A DNA stretch of 34,345 nucleotides, taken from a virus (Duplodnaviria; Caudoviricetes). The translations under genes and the position numbers were made by a program. Positions 33,875 through 34,345 of this stretch are shown in pieces. The notes beneath the pieces are model-generated. The model made no database searches, had not been told where the DNA came from, and saw only the letters and a program-made list of their open reading frames with translations. The DNA lies in the IMG/VR virus record IMGVR_UViG_3300011335_000149, positions 1-34,345 of that record; one strand, 5' to 3'. Numbering within the stretch: the stretch's first letter is position 1; each line of letters starts with the position of its first letter.

Positions 33875-34226
33875 GGCGACCACGCAATTCGTTTAAGCGT
33901 TTCCGAATGTGGTCAGGCATAGGTGCGGCTTTTTTGTCATCTTCAAAAATCTTTTGCAGCGCAGAATCAATCTTGGCGGGCATCTCAGGCACTTCAGCCC
34001 CGTCCCAGCGTTGTTGATTAAGGTAAACCAAAGGCGCAGGAATGAATGCGCCGTTTGACTTTAGCCATTGTTCGGTGGTCTTCATCCATTCAATGTGCTT
34101 GATGATTTGGTCGGCCTGAGTCTCGCAGTAAAACTTGACCCACTTTTTTTGACATTCAGACTTTGCGCCTTTGCGGGGAGTCTTAGGGTAAGCAATCCAA
34201 AACTTATCAAATCCTGATTCAAACAT
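33867..34226 (-). CDS. Replication initiator-like protein (copy of 588..947)
   Basis: Inside the terminal repeat. Confidence 0.75.
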   Translation of the reverse strand: MFESGFDKFWIAYPKTPRKGAKSECQKKWVKFYCETQADQIIKHIEWMKTTEQWLKSNGAFIPAPLVYLNQQRWDGAEVPEMPAKIDSALQKIFEDDKKAAPMPDHIRKRLNELRGRRV

Positions 34227-34345
34227 CGCCTTCTCCATTTGCTTTTTGGTGAATGTTGGAGCAAAGCACAGCCTTACCGTGGTCATAACCAAAGTTCGCT
34301 CTGTGCCGTGACTTGCTTTTCGGAGCCATGTCATCGCATCGCACT

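Larger units (their letters stand above)
33280..34345. repeat. Direct terminal repeat, copy 2
   Basis: Identical to 1-1066. Confidence 0.98.

Overview
This window is an apparently complete, circularly closed genome of a small tailed dsDNA phage with podovirus-like gene order. The unit length is 33,279 bp, because bases 1-1066 repeat exactly at 33280-34345. A divergent promoter region at about 1520-1620 separates two arms. The rightward early arm (1666-5755) holds small genes including an ERF recombinase, an SSB-like protein and an HTH protein. The long leftward arm runs: cro, a structured noncoding leader with a C4-like RNA, a truncated replication initiator, a C5 DNA methyltransferase with a nested second gene, nin-type genes, a Dps-like gene, a glycosyltransferase, a ParB-like protein, terminases, portal, scaffold, major capsid, decoration protein, a three-gene DUF115(Maf/MptE-like)/glycosyltransferase/methyltransferase cassette, tail and ejection proteins, fibres and lysis genes. 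I recognise no integrase, CI repressor, polymerase, helicase, primase, tRNA or CRISPR array. A betaproteobacterial (possibly Comamonadaceae) host is a guess. The strongest leads are (1) a putative virion-glycosylation cassette inside the head operon, (2) a C4-like RNA switch upstream of the replication gene in a phage with no CI, and (3) an overprinted methyltransferase beta subunit. All protein assignments are by motif recognition, not database search.
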